A stretch of 64,000 nucleotides of DNA. It comes from Fibrobacteria bacterium. Lineage in GTDB: Bacteria > Fibrobacterota > Fibrobacteria > UBA11236. The stretch is from the NCBI GenBank assembly GCA_041746255.1, contig JBGTHM010000102.1, positions 28,758-92,757 of the forward strand, read 5' to 3'. Positions 1 through 9,652 of this stretch are shown piece by piece. Each line of letters begins with the position of its first letter. Positions within the stretch are counted from its first letter, which is position 1. The notes under the pieces are model-generated. The model worked only from the letters and a program-made list of their open reading frames with translations. It was not told where the DNA came from and searched no databases. Position numbers and translations under genes: made by a program.

Positions 1-31
1 GAGCGCCAAGAGTAAGCCGTTCAAATCCTTC

Positions 32-901
32 GTGTACTTTTACGAGGCCATGATCATTTTTTCGCGCAAGCATTTCGAATTGCGGGTGCTTCCGCTTTTT
101 GTTTTCTACTTGGGCGCCACTTTGTTGGCCTTCAGTAATTTTATTTCCACCCGTTTGCAAAAATGGCCGCGGTGGCTGATTGATCTGGCCCTGGTGAACG
201 GTATCATGGCGGGTACCGCTTACGCCTATATGAGATACATGCTTACTCCGCATCTAATCCTAAGCGACCGAAACCTTTACCTGTTCTGGCATTTGCTGGT
301 ATCGCTTTTCGTTGTCTTGCCCCTGGCTTATCTCGGCGACTATGGCCGGCGACTTCCCAAGGTCCGTACGGTCTTATATACCCTGACCGGTTCCTTCTTG
401 TTTTTTTTCGCCTTGGGTTATTTTATTCGCGAAGGATACTATTCCCGCATCGTGTTCGGGGCGACCGGCTTATTGAGCATTATCGCCTTGTCCGGATGGC
501 GCACCCTGATTACCCATGGGGGTCATTTTCTAGGTAAAATCATGGGTTCCATGAAACGCGTAGCCATCATCGGCCTAAACGACCGCGCCCGCCAGTTGGC
601 GGATTTGATGGAGAATGAAAAGCTGCGGGGCTATGAATTCGTCGGTTTCCTGAGTCTAACGCCTCCCATCCGACTCAGCCAGGAAATGCGGAGAAACTTC
701 ATTGGAGACATAAGTTCTCTGCCCTCATTGGCTAAAAAAGTGGAATTGGACCAAGTCATCGTTGCGGTGGAGGAGGGGGCCTATCAGGCCGCTTTGCAAA
801 TTCTGTCGGAAAACCTCTCAGGGTCGATGGAGGTCAAATTGTTGGTGGGAGAACCCCAGGCTGGATCTATTTCGTTGGTTGACTTAAATTTTGGAAAATG
901 A
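32..901 (+). CDS. Membrane protein with a CoA-binding-like domain. It resembles the N-terminal half of polyprenyl glycosylphosphotransferases (WbaP/WcaJ/EpsB type) but has no sugar-transferase catalytic domain. The reading frame stays open to the window edge, so the gene is probably 5'-partial.
   Basis: Several hydrophobic TM segments are followed by MKRVAIIGLNDRARQLADLMENEKLRGYEFVGFLS, a Rossmann/CoA-binding-like motif typical of the region before the transferase domain. The ORF ends at 901 before any FRTM/transferase motifs. The in-frame stretch 2..31 has no stop. Confidence 0.4.
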   Translation: MYFYEAMIIFSRKHFELRVLPLFVFYLGATLLAFSNFISTRLQKWPRWLIDLALVNGIMAGTAYAYMRYMLTPHLILSDRNLYLFWHLLVSLFVVLPLAYLGDYGRRLPKVRTVLYTLTGSFLFFFALGYFIREGYYSRIVFGATGLLSIIALSGWRTLITHGGHFLGKIMGSMKRVAIIGLNDRARQLADLMENEKLRGYEFVGFLSLTPPIRLSQEMRRNFIGDISSLPSLAKKVELDQVIVAVEEGAYQAALQILSENLSGSMEVKLLVGEPQAGSISLVDLNFGK

Positions 902-960
902 GAAAACGCCGGAAAATGCCGTCGTGTAAAGGCATTTTTGTCTGGAAAGGATATTAGTCC

Positions 961-1914
961 ATGCCTATTCCCAAGGGCCCTTACCTTGCTTTTGAACAGC
1001 CCATTGTAGAGCTTTCCTTAAAAATCGAAGATTTGATGAAAAACAGCGAGATTACCGCCGGAGATGTGCGGGAATTGCTGATCAAGAAGGAGAATCTCCA
1101 AAAAAAGGTTTATGGAAAGTTGACCGCCTGGAACCGGGTCGAATTGGCCCGGCGTTCCGGTAGACCCTATACCCTGGATTATATCCGGCATATTTTCACC
1201 GATTTCGTCGAATTGCACGGGGATCGCTGTTTCGGCGACGACCCCGCCATCGTCGCGGGACCCGCCAAACTCATGGACCAGCCGGTTATGATTATGGGGC
1301 ATCAAAAGGGCAGCGATACCAAGGAGAGTTTACGGCGGAATTTCGGCATGGCCCATCCGGAAGGCTATCGCAAAGCCTTACGTTGCATGAAAATGGCGGA
1401 AAAATTCAAGATGCCCATCATCTGCTTCGTCGACACCATGGGAGCCTATCCCGGGTTGGGAGCCGAAGAAAGGGGCCAAGCCGAGGCCATCGCCCATAAC
1501 CTACGCGAGATGGCCGTTCTCAAAACACCCATCGTGGTCATCATCATCGGTGAAGGCGCCAGCGGAGGCGCAGTGGGCATCGGTATTGGCGATCGTCTCC
1601 TGATGCTGGAAAACGCCTGGTTCGGAGTCATCTCTCCCGAAGGTTGCGCGACCATTCTCTGGGGTGACAGCAGTAAAAAGCAGGAATTAAGCGAGACCAT
1701 GAAGATTACCGCCAACGATCTTCTCGAATTGAAAATTATCGATCGAGTGATTCCCGAACCGGCGGGTGGCGCCCATTGGGATCCGGAACAAGTCTGTAAA
1801 ACGGTAAAAGCGGCCCTGATCGAAGAGGTCGCGACTCTGGTCAAACAAAAACCCGAAGAACGAGTAGCTGCCCGTATCGCCAAGTTGGCGGACATGGGAA
1901 TGTTTACCGGTTAG
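961..1914 (+). CDS. accA: Acetyl-CoA carboxylase carboxyltransferase alpha subunit
   Basis: The translation is collinear with E. coli AccA. Shared motifs include FEQPIxEL, RPYTLDY, PVMIIGHQKG, RRNFGMxxPEGYRKALRxMxMAExFKMPII, GAYPGxGAEERGQxEAIAxNLREM and ISPEGCAxILW. Confidence 0.92.
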   Translation: MPIPKGPYLAFEQPIVELSLKIEDLMKNSEITAGDVRELLIKKENLQKKVYGKLTAWNRVELARRSGRPYTLDYIRHIFTDFVELHGDRCFGDDPAIVAGPAKLMDQPVMIMGHQKGSDTKESLRRNFGMAHPEGYRKALRCMKMAEKFKMPIICFVDTMGAYPGLGAEERGQAEAIAHNLREMAVLKTPIVVIIIGEGASGGAVGIGIGDRLLMLENAWFGVISPEGCATILWGDSSKKQELSETMKITANDLLELKIIDRVIPEPAGGAHWDPEQVCKTVKAALIEEVATLVKQKPEERVAARIAKLADMGMFTG

Positions 1915-1930
1915 AAGAAAGGAACTTGCC

Positions 1931-2188
1931 GTGGTCGATCCTCAATTGTTGGAAATATTGTGCTGTCCCGAAACCAAGGAAGATGTTGCGTTGGAACAGG
2001 GGGAGTTGATCGAAAAAATCAATGCGCGTATCGACACGGGAGAGCTCAAAAACCGTGGCGGCGAAACCGTCAAGGAAAAAATGGAGGCCGGCCTGATGCG
2101 GGCCGACCGGAAATACCTCTACCCGATTCGAGACGATATTCCCATTATGTTGATTGATGAGGCAATTCCTATGGAAGGTTTGATATAA
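1931..2188 (+). CDS. Trm112 family protein (UPF0434/YcaR-like)
   Basis: 85 aa with the LLEILCCPETK motif near the N-terminus and a YPIRDDIPIMLIDEA tail, the classical Trm112/YcaR pattern. Start codon is GTG. Confidence 0.72.
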   Translation: MVDPQLLEILCCPETKEDVALEQGELIEKINARIDTGELKNRGGETVKEKMEAGLMRADRKYLYPIRDDIPIMLIDEAIPMEGLI

Positions 2189-2293
2189 TAAAGGCTTGTG
2201 ATCCGGGTCCCTTGGGCCCGGATGCCCAAGTCTAACCGCACCCGGGGGGTGCATGTACCGCGCGCTCCATTCAGGGACGATGTCGACGGGGGT

Positions 2294-4945
2294 ATGATGA
2301 GCATTCGCTACACGTCCGAACAGTTGCAGGAAAAATTCGGGCACGGTAATTCCGGTTTTGCCTTCGCCCGCATGGCGGACTCCCTTCGGGAAGAAGGGCG
2401 CATGGAAGAAGCCATTGCCCTGTGCACCCATAAAATACAGCAACATCCCGATTACCTTACCGGCCGTCTGGTAGGCGCCCGCTGTTTGCTTGAGGCCGAT
2501 CGGCTGCGACCGGCCCGGGAAGAGTTCGAAGCCGCCCTCAGGCTCGATCCGCGCTGTCTCGCCGCCTGGAAAGGACTGGCGCAGACGCTGGCGCGCATGT
2601 CGGATAAAGGCTCCGAAGCTTGTTTGGCGCGCATACAGGAAATCGATCCCTGGTTCGATACTTCTTCCCTAGTCGGAGGATCCTGGGCTCCTGCGGAGTC
2701 GACATTTGAAGAAAGCCTTTCTGGTGACAGGAACAAAACTCTCGAATTGTCTTTGGACGATGTGGGTGACTACCTGCCCTCTTCGGACGAGGAGTCTTTT
2801 ACTCTGGAAGCCGAGCCTAATCCGGACGAAACGGTAATTGCAGCCGGGATTGGCTTTGAGACCGAAACCGAGATTGTGGATTCTGAAGAGAGGATCGCGA
2901 TAGAGGACGGTGACGGTGACGTCCCGGTTTCAGGGCAGGATGTAGAAAATCGTTTAGACAGTATTTTTGGGGAAGAATCCTCGGATTCTTCCGGCGACGC
3001 CAGCGGGAACACTGGCTTTTTTGCCGAAGCCGCTGATGTCGGGGGCGATTCCCCAGACCTGACGGCTACCGCTTTCCAACCTTTCCCCGAAATCGGTGGG
3101 TCTTCCGTTGCAGACGCAGGCGAAACGGAATCCGAGCTTGATTCCGAATTGCTGACCGGTGAGGATGTTGCCGATCATCTGGATCGGTTTTTTGAAGAAG
3201 AGCCCGAACCTCTTCCGTTAACCCAGGAAAAGCATCAGGCAGAAGAGCCGCTCCCGCAAGAGCAGCCGGAAGCAGCTGTTCCGGTCGATGAATTCGTCGC
3301 TGAAACCGAAACGATTGAAACGGTTTCCCAGCCACAGGAAGAGGATGTCGATACTACGCGGCATGACAACAAAATTGTTTCCGGCTTTGAATTTTTAGGA
3401 GAAGACGCAGGTGGGCCTGCCGAAATCGAAAAGGAGGAGGGTTTCTCCTTTTCCGCCGCAGGGGATAGCAATGCCTTGGCTCGGGATTCGATGCAGGATT
3501 GGTTGATGGGAACCGAAGAGCCCGAAGCAACCGGGATTGAGGCGAACAATATTCCAGAAGTTTCGCTTGAATCTTCCACTCCATCCGAAATCAGCACCAG
3601 CGATACTTTTGCCAGCCTTTTCGCCGACGAAAGTATCGCCGAGGAATCATCCCCTCCCCGCGATGAGGCCGAAACCGCCCACGATTCCCCATCCGGTTCC
3701 GATACCGTAGCCTTTGAAATCGGCGCGCCGGAGGAAGGGGATCCCAGCGTTGAAGAGTTGACGGAAGAATTGGAGAATCGGCTGGACCAATTGTTCGATG
3801 ACGACGGCGAGGGGAGCGGCGAAAATCCTCCCGAGTCTGTAGCAGCGGAGGAGGATTCCAGCAGGCCAATGGCGGAGTTCCCGTTTTCAGCGGGTACGGA
3901 AACGCTGATCATGCCTCGCTCGGAGATGGAAAAGCACGCGGTTGAGGAGGAGGATACTGAGGAAGAGGTGCAAGAGACAGTGGATTTACGCCGCGATCCC
4001 TTCACGGATTCCGCAACGGCGACCGAATCTTCTCCCATGGCCGGCCTTTTTGAAGAACCCCTGGAATCCGAAGATGGGGATGCCGGTAGTCACAATCTAT
4101 TTGAAATAGAGTCACCCCAGGGAAGAAACTCTGGAGTCGACCCGGAAATAGTCAGTGGCCAGGATGTAACCCAGCGCTTGAATGAGTTATTCGGTTCCGA
4201 TCACCCTGACGACGGACCACTTGACGATGATGCGTCCTTAACCGGAGCCGATCAGACCACGATCGCACCTAAAGTCGAGCCATCCCTTGCGAAAGAGTTC
4301 GGGTTTGAGACGGAGACTGACTTCCCATCGGAAGAGGAAACCCCGCTTCAATCCGAAAAAGCCGGCGAGAAAGAACCGGTTCTATTCGAGGCGGAAGAGG
4401 AAAAATCGGCCTCAGACACCCATTTTATCGAAACCGACAAACATTCTCCGGTGGTATCGGGTGATGATATTTCCTCGCGGCTGGCCATGATGTTTGGAGA
4501 TTCAGAAGTCGGATCCGAGTCTGAAACCGTGAATTTGCTTCCAGTGCCGGAAACCACGCAGGAATCCGGATTGGACGCCGTTCTTCCTCACCAGGAGGAA
4601 AGGGCTGATAACCACCCGATTGGACAGGATTCCGGTGAGGACGAGGCGCCCCTGGAGGATGAAGAATCGGAAGAGATACCCACCAATGTTGCCACTGTTA
4701 CCTTGGCAGAGATATATTTCCAACAAGGCTTAAAAGAACAGGCCCTGCAAATCTACCGTCAGCTTCTTGATCGCGAGCCCGAGAATGAAGCGGCCCAGAA
4801 ACGAATTGCTGAGATTGAGGCCAGCAAGACGGAAGAGGATAATTCCGAGGACGATGCAACCGACCGACCGGGGCGCCAGCGAGGGGTAAGACCCGGAACC
4901 CGGCCTGGGTATCGGTCCGGCAGGCCTCCAAGGAGGCGGGGATGA
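2294..4945 (+). CDS. TPR-flanked, extremely acidic repeat protein, possibly a FimV/HubP-like polar scaffold
   Basis: The N-terminus (about 120 aa) and the C-terminus (TLAEIYFQQGLKEQALQIYRQLLDREPENEAAQKRIAEIEA) are TPR-like. The roughly 750 aa between them are D/E/S-rich and carry five copies of the motif [ST]G[QED]D[VI]xx[RH]L[DNA]x[ILMF]FG (SGQDVENRLDSIFG, TGEDVADHLDRFFE, LTEELENRLDQLFD, SGQDVTQRLNELFG, SGDDISSRLAMMFG). The protein ends in a basic RPGRQRG...RRRG tail. The ATG at 2294 (MMSIRY) is preferred over the GTG at 2198. Confidence 0.55.
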   Translation: MMSIRYTSEQLQEKFGHGNSGFAFARMADSLREEGRMEEAIALCTHKIQQHPDYLTGRLVGARCLLEADRLRPAREEFEAALRLDPRCLAAWKGLAQTLARMSDKGSEACLARIQEIDPWFDTSSLVGGSWAPAESTFEESLSGDRNKTLELSLDDVGDYLPSSDEESFTLEAEPNPDETVIAAGIGFETETEIVDSEERIAIEDGDGDVPVSGQDVENRLDSIFGEESSDSSGDASGNTGFFAEAADVGGDSPDLTATAFQPFPEIGGSSVADAGETESELDSELLTGEDVADHLDRFFEEEPEPLPLTQEKHQAEEPLPQEQPEAAVPVDEFVAETETIETVSQPQEEDVDTTRHDNKIVSGFEFLGEDAGGPAEIEKEEGFSFSAAGDSNALARDSMQDWLMGTEEPEATGIEANNIPEVSLESSTPSEISTSDTFASLFADESIAEESSPPRDEAETAHDSPSGSDTVAFEIGAPEEGDPSVEELTEELENRLDQLFDDDGEGSGENPPESVAAEEDSSRPMAEFPFSAGTETLIMPRSEMEKHAVEEEDTEEEVQETVDLRRDPFTDSATATESSPMAGLFEEPLESEDGDAGSHNLFEIESPQGRNSGVDPEIVSGQDVTQRLNELFGSDHPDDGPLDDDASLTGADQTTIAPKVEPSLAKEFGFETETDFPSEEETPLQSEKAGEKEPVLFEAEEEKSASDTHFIETDKHSPVVSGDDISSRLAMMFGDSEVGSESETVNLLPVPETTQESGLDAVLPHQEERADNHPIGQDSGEDEAPLEDEESEEIPTNVATVTLAEIYFQQGLKEQALQIYRQLLDREPENEAAQKRIAEIEASKTEEDNSEDDATDRPGRQRGVRPGTRPGYRSGRPPRRRG

Positions 4946-4969
4946 AAGAATTACCGGAAAGGTTATGGA

Positions 4970-5449
4970 ATGAAGCTCAGCGATGTGGCCCACCTGGTCA
5001 AGCTTTTGGACAAGAGCAGCTTGACGGAGTTAAGCTTTAGTGACGAAATAAGTCGGGTGGTGCTGAAAAAAGGGGTAACGGGAGTCGTTACGACCGTTTC
5101 TCCCCAACAGGCGCCCGCCCCCCAATATTTTCAGCCGGCTCCGGGGCCGTTTCCCGGGGCTAGCGCCTCTCCGGAAATATCCCCTCCGGCGGAAAAAGCC
5201 GGTCCCAAATTCAAGGAGGTCACCTCGCCCATGGTAGGTACCTTCTATGCTTCCTCCACCCCGGGCGCAGCCGCGATGGTAGAGGTGGGCTCTACAGTCA
5301 AGGCGGGACAGGTGGTGTGTATTATCGAAGCGATGAAAATCATGAACGAAATCGAATCGGACGTGGGCGGAGTCGTGGAGGAGGTCTGCGTGAAAAACGA
5401 AACCCCGGTTGAATACGGCACGGTCCTATTCCGGATCCGCCCGGGCTGA
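4970..5449 (+). CDS. accB: Acetyl-CoA carboxylase biotin carboxyl carrier protein
   Basis: Pro/Ala-rich linker followed by a biotinyl domain containing EAMKIMNEIE (AMKM biotinylation motif) and a C-terminus resembling E. coli BCCP. Confidence 0.88.
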   Translation: MKLSDVAHLVKLLDKSSLTELSFSDEISRVVLKKGVTGVVTTVSPQQAPAPQYFQPAPGPFPGASASPEISPPAEKAGPKFKEVTSPMVGTFYASSTPGAAAMVEVGSTVKAGQVVCIIEAMKIMNEIESDVGGVVEEVCVKNETPVEYGTVLFRIRPG

Positions 5450-5453
5450 ATCC

Positions 5454-6554
5454 GTGAATCTTGAAGTTTTATTGCGGGAAATGATGCACCGAAGTGCATC
5501 GGATCTCCACCTTAGGGTGGGAGGACAACCCGCATTCCGCATCAACGGGGAACTTTACCGGCTGCAAACCGAGCGCCTGCTTCCCGAGCAGATGGAACAA
5601 TTCATACTCGACCTGATGGATCGGAACCAAAAGGCACGGTTCGAGGAAAACATGGAGCTTGATTTCGCTGTGGGAGTACGCGGAGTGGGACGATTTCGCG
5701 TCAATGCCTATAAGCAACGCGGCACTCCCGCGCTATGCATTCGGGCCATTGTCGGCATTATTCCCCCCTTCGAACAATTGGGCCTCCCCGAGATTATCCG
5801 CGACATCGCCTTGAAGCGCCGCGGCCTCATCCTTGTCACGGGGACCACCGGATCGGGCAAATCCACTACCTTGGCTTCGATGATCGATCATATCAACGAG
5901 CACCTGGCCTGCAATATCATCACTATCGAAGACCCCATCGAATTTTTATACAAGGACAAAAAAAGCATCATTTCGCAGCGCGAGGTGAACCAGGATACCG
6001 TCAGCTACGCATCGGCTTTGAAAGCCGCTTTCCGGGAAGATCCGGACGTGATTCTCCTCGGTGAAATCCGCGACCAGGACACCATGTCCATTGCGCTGAC
6101 CGCGGCCGATACCGGCCATTTGGTGCTCTCCACCCTGCACACCATGAACGTGGTGGAAACCGTGAACCGCATCATCTCCTTTTTTCCTCCCCACCAACAC
6201 CAACAGGTTCGGCTTATGCTGAGCTCGGTGCTGGTTTCCGTCATCACCTTGCGGCTTGTCGTGCGCAAGGACGGACGAGGGCGGGCCCCGGCTTGCGAGA
6301 TCATGGTGAACAATGCCACTTTACGGGAATTACTCACGTATCCCGAGCACACGCACCAAATCGACGCGGCGATTCGTGAGGGCCATACTCAATACGGTTC
6401 GCAGTCATTCGATCAAAGTATTCTCAAGCTCTATCAAGACGATGTCATCAGCTACGAAACGGCCCTGGCGAACGCCAGCAATCCCGACGATTTCGAGCTC
6501 AAGGTTCGGGGCGTAGAAGGCACCTCCGACAGGAATTGGATAAGCGGTGTTTAA
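5454..6554 (+). CDS. pilT: Type IV pilus retraction ATPase PilT
   Basis: Near-collinear with P. aeruginosa PilT. Shared elements are ASDLHL, GVxRFRVNA, Walker [44 protein letters not shown] and [11 protein letters not shown]. The probable start is the GTG at 5454 just after the accB stop; the track's TTG at 5409 lies inside accB. Confidence 0.88.
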   Translation: MNLEVLLREMMHRSASDLHLRVGGQPAFRINGELYRLQTERLLPEQMEQFILDLMDRNQKARFEENMELDFAVGVRGVGRFRVNAYKQRGTPALCIRAIVGIIPPFEQLGLPEIIRDIALKRRGLILVTGTTGSGKSTTLASMIDHINEHLACNIITIEDPIEFLYKDKKSIISQREVNQDTVSYASALKAAFREDPDVILLGEIRDQDTMSIALTAADTGHLVLSTLHTMNVVETVNRIISFFPPHQHQQVRLMLSSVLVSVITLRLVVRKDGRGRAPACEIMVNNATLRELLTYPEHTHQIDAAIREGHTQYGSQSFDQSILKLYQDDVISYETALANASNPDDFELKVRGVEGTSDRNWISGV

Positions 6555-7914
6555 AAAAATTCTGATAGCCAATCGCGGCGAAATTGCGCTGCGAGTCATT
6601 CGTTCATGCAAAGAAATGGGAATCAAGACGGTGGCGGTACACTCCAGCGCCGATACCCATTCCTTGCACGTTCACTTTGCCGACGAAGATATTTGCATCG
6701 GTCCGCCCGATTCCAAGCGCAGCTACCTGAACATGCAACAGATTCTGGCTGCGGCGGAACTTACCAACGCCGATGCCATTCATCCCGGATATGGATTTTT
6801 ATCGGAGAACGCCAAATTCGCCGAAATGTGCGAAGACAACCGGGCAGTATTCATCGGCCCTTCGGCGGAAGTCATCCGGAGCATGGGCGACAAGAGCGTA
6901 GCCAAATCGACCATGAAAAAAGCGGGAGTGCCCACCATTCCGGGATCCGAAGGCGTGGTGGCGACCCTGGACGATGCCCTGGCCGCAGCCAAGACGGTAG
7001 GGTTTCCCGTCATCGTAAAGGCTTCGGCGGGAGGCGGCGGACGGGGCATGCGCGTGGCCCATTCGGAAGAAGAATTGAAGAAACTGTATCCGGTAGCCGC
7101 AGCCGAGGCGGTGGCCTGTTTTGGCCGAGGCGATTTGTATCTGGAACGCTATTTCACCGAGCCGCGCCATGTCGAAATCCAGCTTATCGGCGATAAGCAT
7201 GGGAACATGGTGTATTTGGGTGAACGCGACTGTTCCATCCAACGCAGGCATCAAAAACTCATCGAAGAATCTCCCAGTCCGGCAGTAACTCCCGAGATAC
7301 GTGAGAAAATGGGGAAGGTAGCGGTGGCGGGAGCCCGCTACGCCGGATATTACAATGCCGGAACCATCGAATTCCTTTTCGACAGCAAGGATTCCTCCTT
7401 CTTTTTCATGGAAATGAATACGCGCATCCAGGTGGAGCATCCCGTAACCGAAGCCACCACGGGAGTGGACCTGGTGCGGGCGCAAATCCAGGTGGCCGCG
7501 GGTGAACATCTGGAATTCACCCAGGAAAGCATCCAGCTTTTTGGGCACAGCATCGAATGCCGGATCAACGCGGAGGATCCGAACAACGACTTCCGGCCCA
7601 GCCCGGGCACCATCACCGAATTCCACCTTCCCGGGGGGATGGGGGTACGGATCGATACCCATTGTTATAGCGGTTACGTGGTTCCCCCCAATTACGACAG
7701 CATGATAGCCAAGCTGATCGTGCACGCGCCTACGCGGGAACAAGCCATTGAGCGTATGCTGCGCGCCCTGGACGAATTCATCATCGTAGGCATCAAGACG
7801 ACCATTTCCATGCATAAGCGCATCTTGCGCCATCCGAAATTCGCCCAGGGTGAATACAGCACCCGATTTTTGGAACTCTATCCCGAACTCCTAGTGGAGC
7901 CCCTCAATGCCTGA
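6547..7914 (+). CDS. accC: Acetyl-CoA carboxylase biotin carboxylase subunit
   Basis: N-terminus [30 protein letters not shown] matches E. coli AccC. An ATP-grasp domain follows, with [14 protein letters not shown]. The GTG start overlaps the pilT stop by 8 nt. Confidence 0.93.
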   Translation: MFKKILIANRGEIALRVIRSCKEMGIKTVAVHSSADTHSLHVHFADEDICIGPPDSKRSYLNMQQILAAAELTNADAIHPGYGFLSENAKFAEMCEDNRAVFIGPSAEVIRSMGDKSVAKSTMKKAGVPTIPGSEGVVATLDDALAAAKTVGFPVIVKASAGGGGRGMRVAHSEEELKKLYPVAAAEAVACFGRGDLYLERYFTEPRHVEIQLIGDKHGNMVYLGERDCSIQRRHQKLIEESPSPAVTPEIREKMGKVAVAGARYAGYYNAGTIEFLFDSKDSSFFFMEMNTRIQVEHPVTEATTGVDLVRAQIQVAAGEHLEFTQESIQLFGHSIECRINAEDPNNDFRPSPGTITEFHLPGGMGVRIDTHCYSGYVVPPNYDSMIAKLIVHAPTREQAIERMLRALDEFIIVGIKTTISMHKRILRHPKFAQGEYSTRFLELYPELLVEPLNA

Positions 7915-8893
7915 TATGTCCCAGCGTCTGAGTATTTCCAGCGCCTCCGAACTCACGGGGGTTTTTCCCGCCCTGTTCACTCCGCTCAAAGACGATGACC
8001 GGAAGCGTCTCAACAATTCCATCGACTACGAAAAGGCGAAAGTCATTATCGACGATCTGATTGCAGCCGGGGTATCGGGGCTGGTACCGGTGGGCACTAC
8101 GGGCCAAAGCCCCACGGTCAGCCATGCCCAGCATCTTGATTTTATCCGCTTCACCGCGGAATACGTGGAGAAGCGGGTGCCTATTATCGCGGGGGCGGGC
8201 TCCAACTGCACCCGGGAGTCGGTGGAAATGATCCAGAAGATCGGGAAATCGGTAGGCGATGTGGCAGTGCTTTGCGTGACGGGATATTATAATAACCCTC
8301 CGCAAGAAGGCGTAAAGCTCCATTATGAAACGCTGGCGGCCGAGACCGGAGCCAAAATCGTCGTTTACAACGTGCCGAGCCGCACGAATTCGTATGTCGA
8401 GCCCGAAACCCTGATTGCTTTAAGCGCGCTCCCGGGAATTATCGGCGTGAAGCAGGCGGTCGATTTCAGGGCGGAAGGCAAACATCGCGAGGATACGCGG
8501 AGGGTGCTGCAATCCGTCGATAAATCCCAATTCGCCGTGGTATCGGGAGAAGACGATTTGCTGTACGCCTTGCTCGAACTGGGCGGTACGGGTGTGATCA
8601 CCGCATCCGGAAACATACCCGAGGTGGCGAGGCTTTATCTGCGCATGATAAAAGCCTGGACAGACGGCGAGTCGAAATCCGCGGCTGCGCTTCAAGAAGA
8701 AGTATCCGAATTCGCGCGACTGGTCTTCATGCGCAAAAATCCGATACCGCTGGGTACCTTCTTCAATTCTCCCCTTTATCTTCCCTTGGTTTCCGTGAGG
8801 GAAACCGCGGACGGCGAAAAGGCTGAAGAGGAAATTCTCGCCTTCATCAAATCCAGGGCAATCTCGCTGGTAAAATACCATAATCGAGAGTAG
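7907..8893 (+). CDS. DapA-family class I aldolase (4-hydroxy-tetrahydrodipicolinate synthase-like)
   Basis: LFTPLKDDD...[18 protein letters not shown]..., YNVPSRT and a Schiff-base lysine context IIGVKQAVD fit the DHDPS/NAL family. The precise substrate cannot be assigned. Confidence 0.7.
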   Translation: MPDMSQRLSISSASELTGVFPALFTPLKDDDRKRLNNSIDYEKAKVIIDDLIAAGVSGLVPVGTTGQSPTVSHAQHLDFIRFTAEYVEKRVPIIAGAGSNCTRESVEMIQKIGKSVGDVAVLCVTGYYNNPPQEGVKLHYETLAAETGAKIVVYNVPSRTNSYVEPETLIALSALPGIIGVKQAVDFRAEGKHREDTRRVLQSVDKSQFAVVSGEDDLLYALLELGGTGVITASGNIPEVARLYLRMIKAWTDGESKSAAALQEEVSEFARLVFMRKNPIPLGTFFNSPLYLPLVSVRETADGEKAEEEILAFIKSRAISLVKYHNRE

Positions 8894-8912
8894 CTTCATC
8901 CGGAAGGAAAGC

Positions 8913-9485
8913 ATGTCCGACATCAAGGCTCCGACCCGTCCCGGCCTCGAAACCGCGGCTCTCATCAAAGCCCGCATCCGAACCATTCCCAATTGGCCCA
9001 AGCCGGGGGTTCAGTTCCGGGACGTCACCACCCTTTGGAATGATCCCGAAGGGTTCCGGCTCAGCGTGGACGCCTTCGCCGAATATTACGGGGGACTGGA
9101 TTTTACCACCATCGTCGGAATCGAAAGCCGGGGTTTCATCATCGGTGCGGCCTTGGCCGCCCGGCTGGGCAAGGGATTCGTACCCATCCGTAAAATGGGC
9201 AAGCTTCCCGCCGAAGTCGAAAGCCAGGAATACGAATTGGAATACGGCAGCGATTGCATTGAAATCCACCGGGATGCCATCATCGCGGGCCAAAAGGTTT
9301 TGCTGATGGACGATTTACTGGCTACCGGCGGGACCATGCGAGCGGCTTGCCACTTGCTTTCCAAACTGGGCGGAACGGTACTTTCCTGCGGAGTGATCGT
9401 GGACTTACCGGTGCTCGGTGGCCGCAAGGTGCTCGAGGCGGAAGGTTCCCATGTCTTCTCGCTGGTCGAGTTCGACGGAGACTGA
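8913..9485 (+). CDS. apt: Adenine phosphoribosyltransferase
   Basis: IRTIPNWPKPGVQFRDVTTL followed by the PRPP-binding motif VLLMDDLLATGGT, at a length of 190 aa. Confidence 0.9.
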   Translation: MSDIKAPTRPGLETAALIKARIRTIPNWPKPGVQFRDVTTLWNDPEGFRLSVDAFAEYYGGLDFTTIVGIESRGFIIGAALAARLGKGFVPIRKMGKLPAEVESQEYELEYGSDCIEIHRDAIIAGQKVLLMDDLLATGGTMRAACHLLSKLGGTVLSCGVIVDLPVLGGRKVLEAEGSHVFSLVEFDGD

Positions 9486-9652
9486 TCCGGGCCCATCCTC
9501 GGCGCTCCAATCCTGTTCATCCTACACGCCAAGCCCCGGCCAACTCAGAAGGAATTCGTGTCCGGCAATGGGTTCTGACCCGACATTTTATTTTTTCCCC
9601 GCTGCAGTGACACATTCCTCCCTTTGCGGTGTTCCAAGAATAGAATAGACAC

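Noticed and set aside
1018-2446. Three minus-strand ORFs (95, 149 and 180 aa) opposite accA and the Trm112-like gene
   Set aside because: They are antisense to strongly supported genes, have no RBS or start context, and have biased composition.
3235-4038. 267-aa Ser-rich ORF on the minus strand inside the acidic protein gene, plus neighbouring minus ORFs at 2452..2736, 2770..3012, 3591..3869 and 4348..4557
   Set aside because: These are antisense to GAA/GAT/GAG-rich coding sequence, which yields long S/L/F-rich open frames. They have no start context or motifs and are fully embedded in a better-supported gene.
6606-7833. 196-aa Arg-rich plus-frame ORF and 344-aa minus ORF overlapping accC
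   Set aside because: These are alternative-frame or antisense ORFs inside a strongly supported, collinear accC gene. Their composition is biased (R/G/H-rich) and they carry no motifs.
9486-9652. ECF-type promoter (GGAAT ... GTTC) upstream of the sigma factor gene
   Set aside because: The spacing and the -10 element do not match a clear AAC...CGT ECF consensus, so the call cannot be supported from sequence alone.
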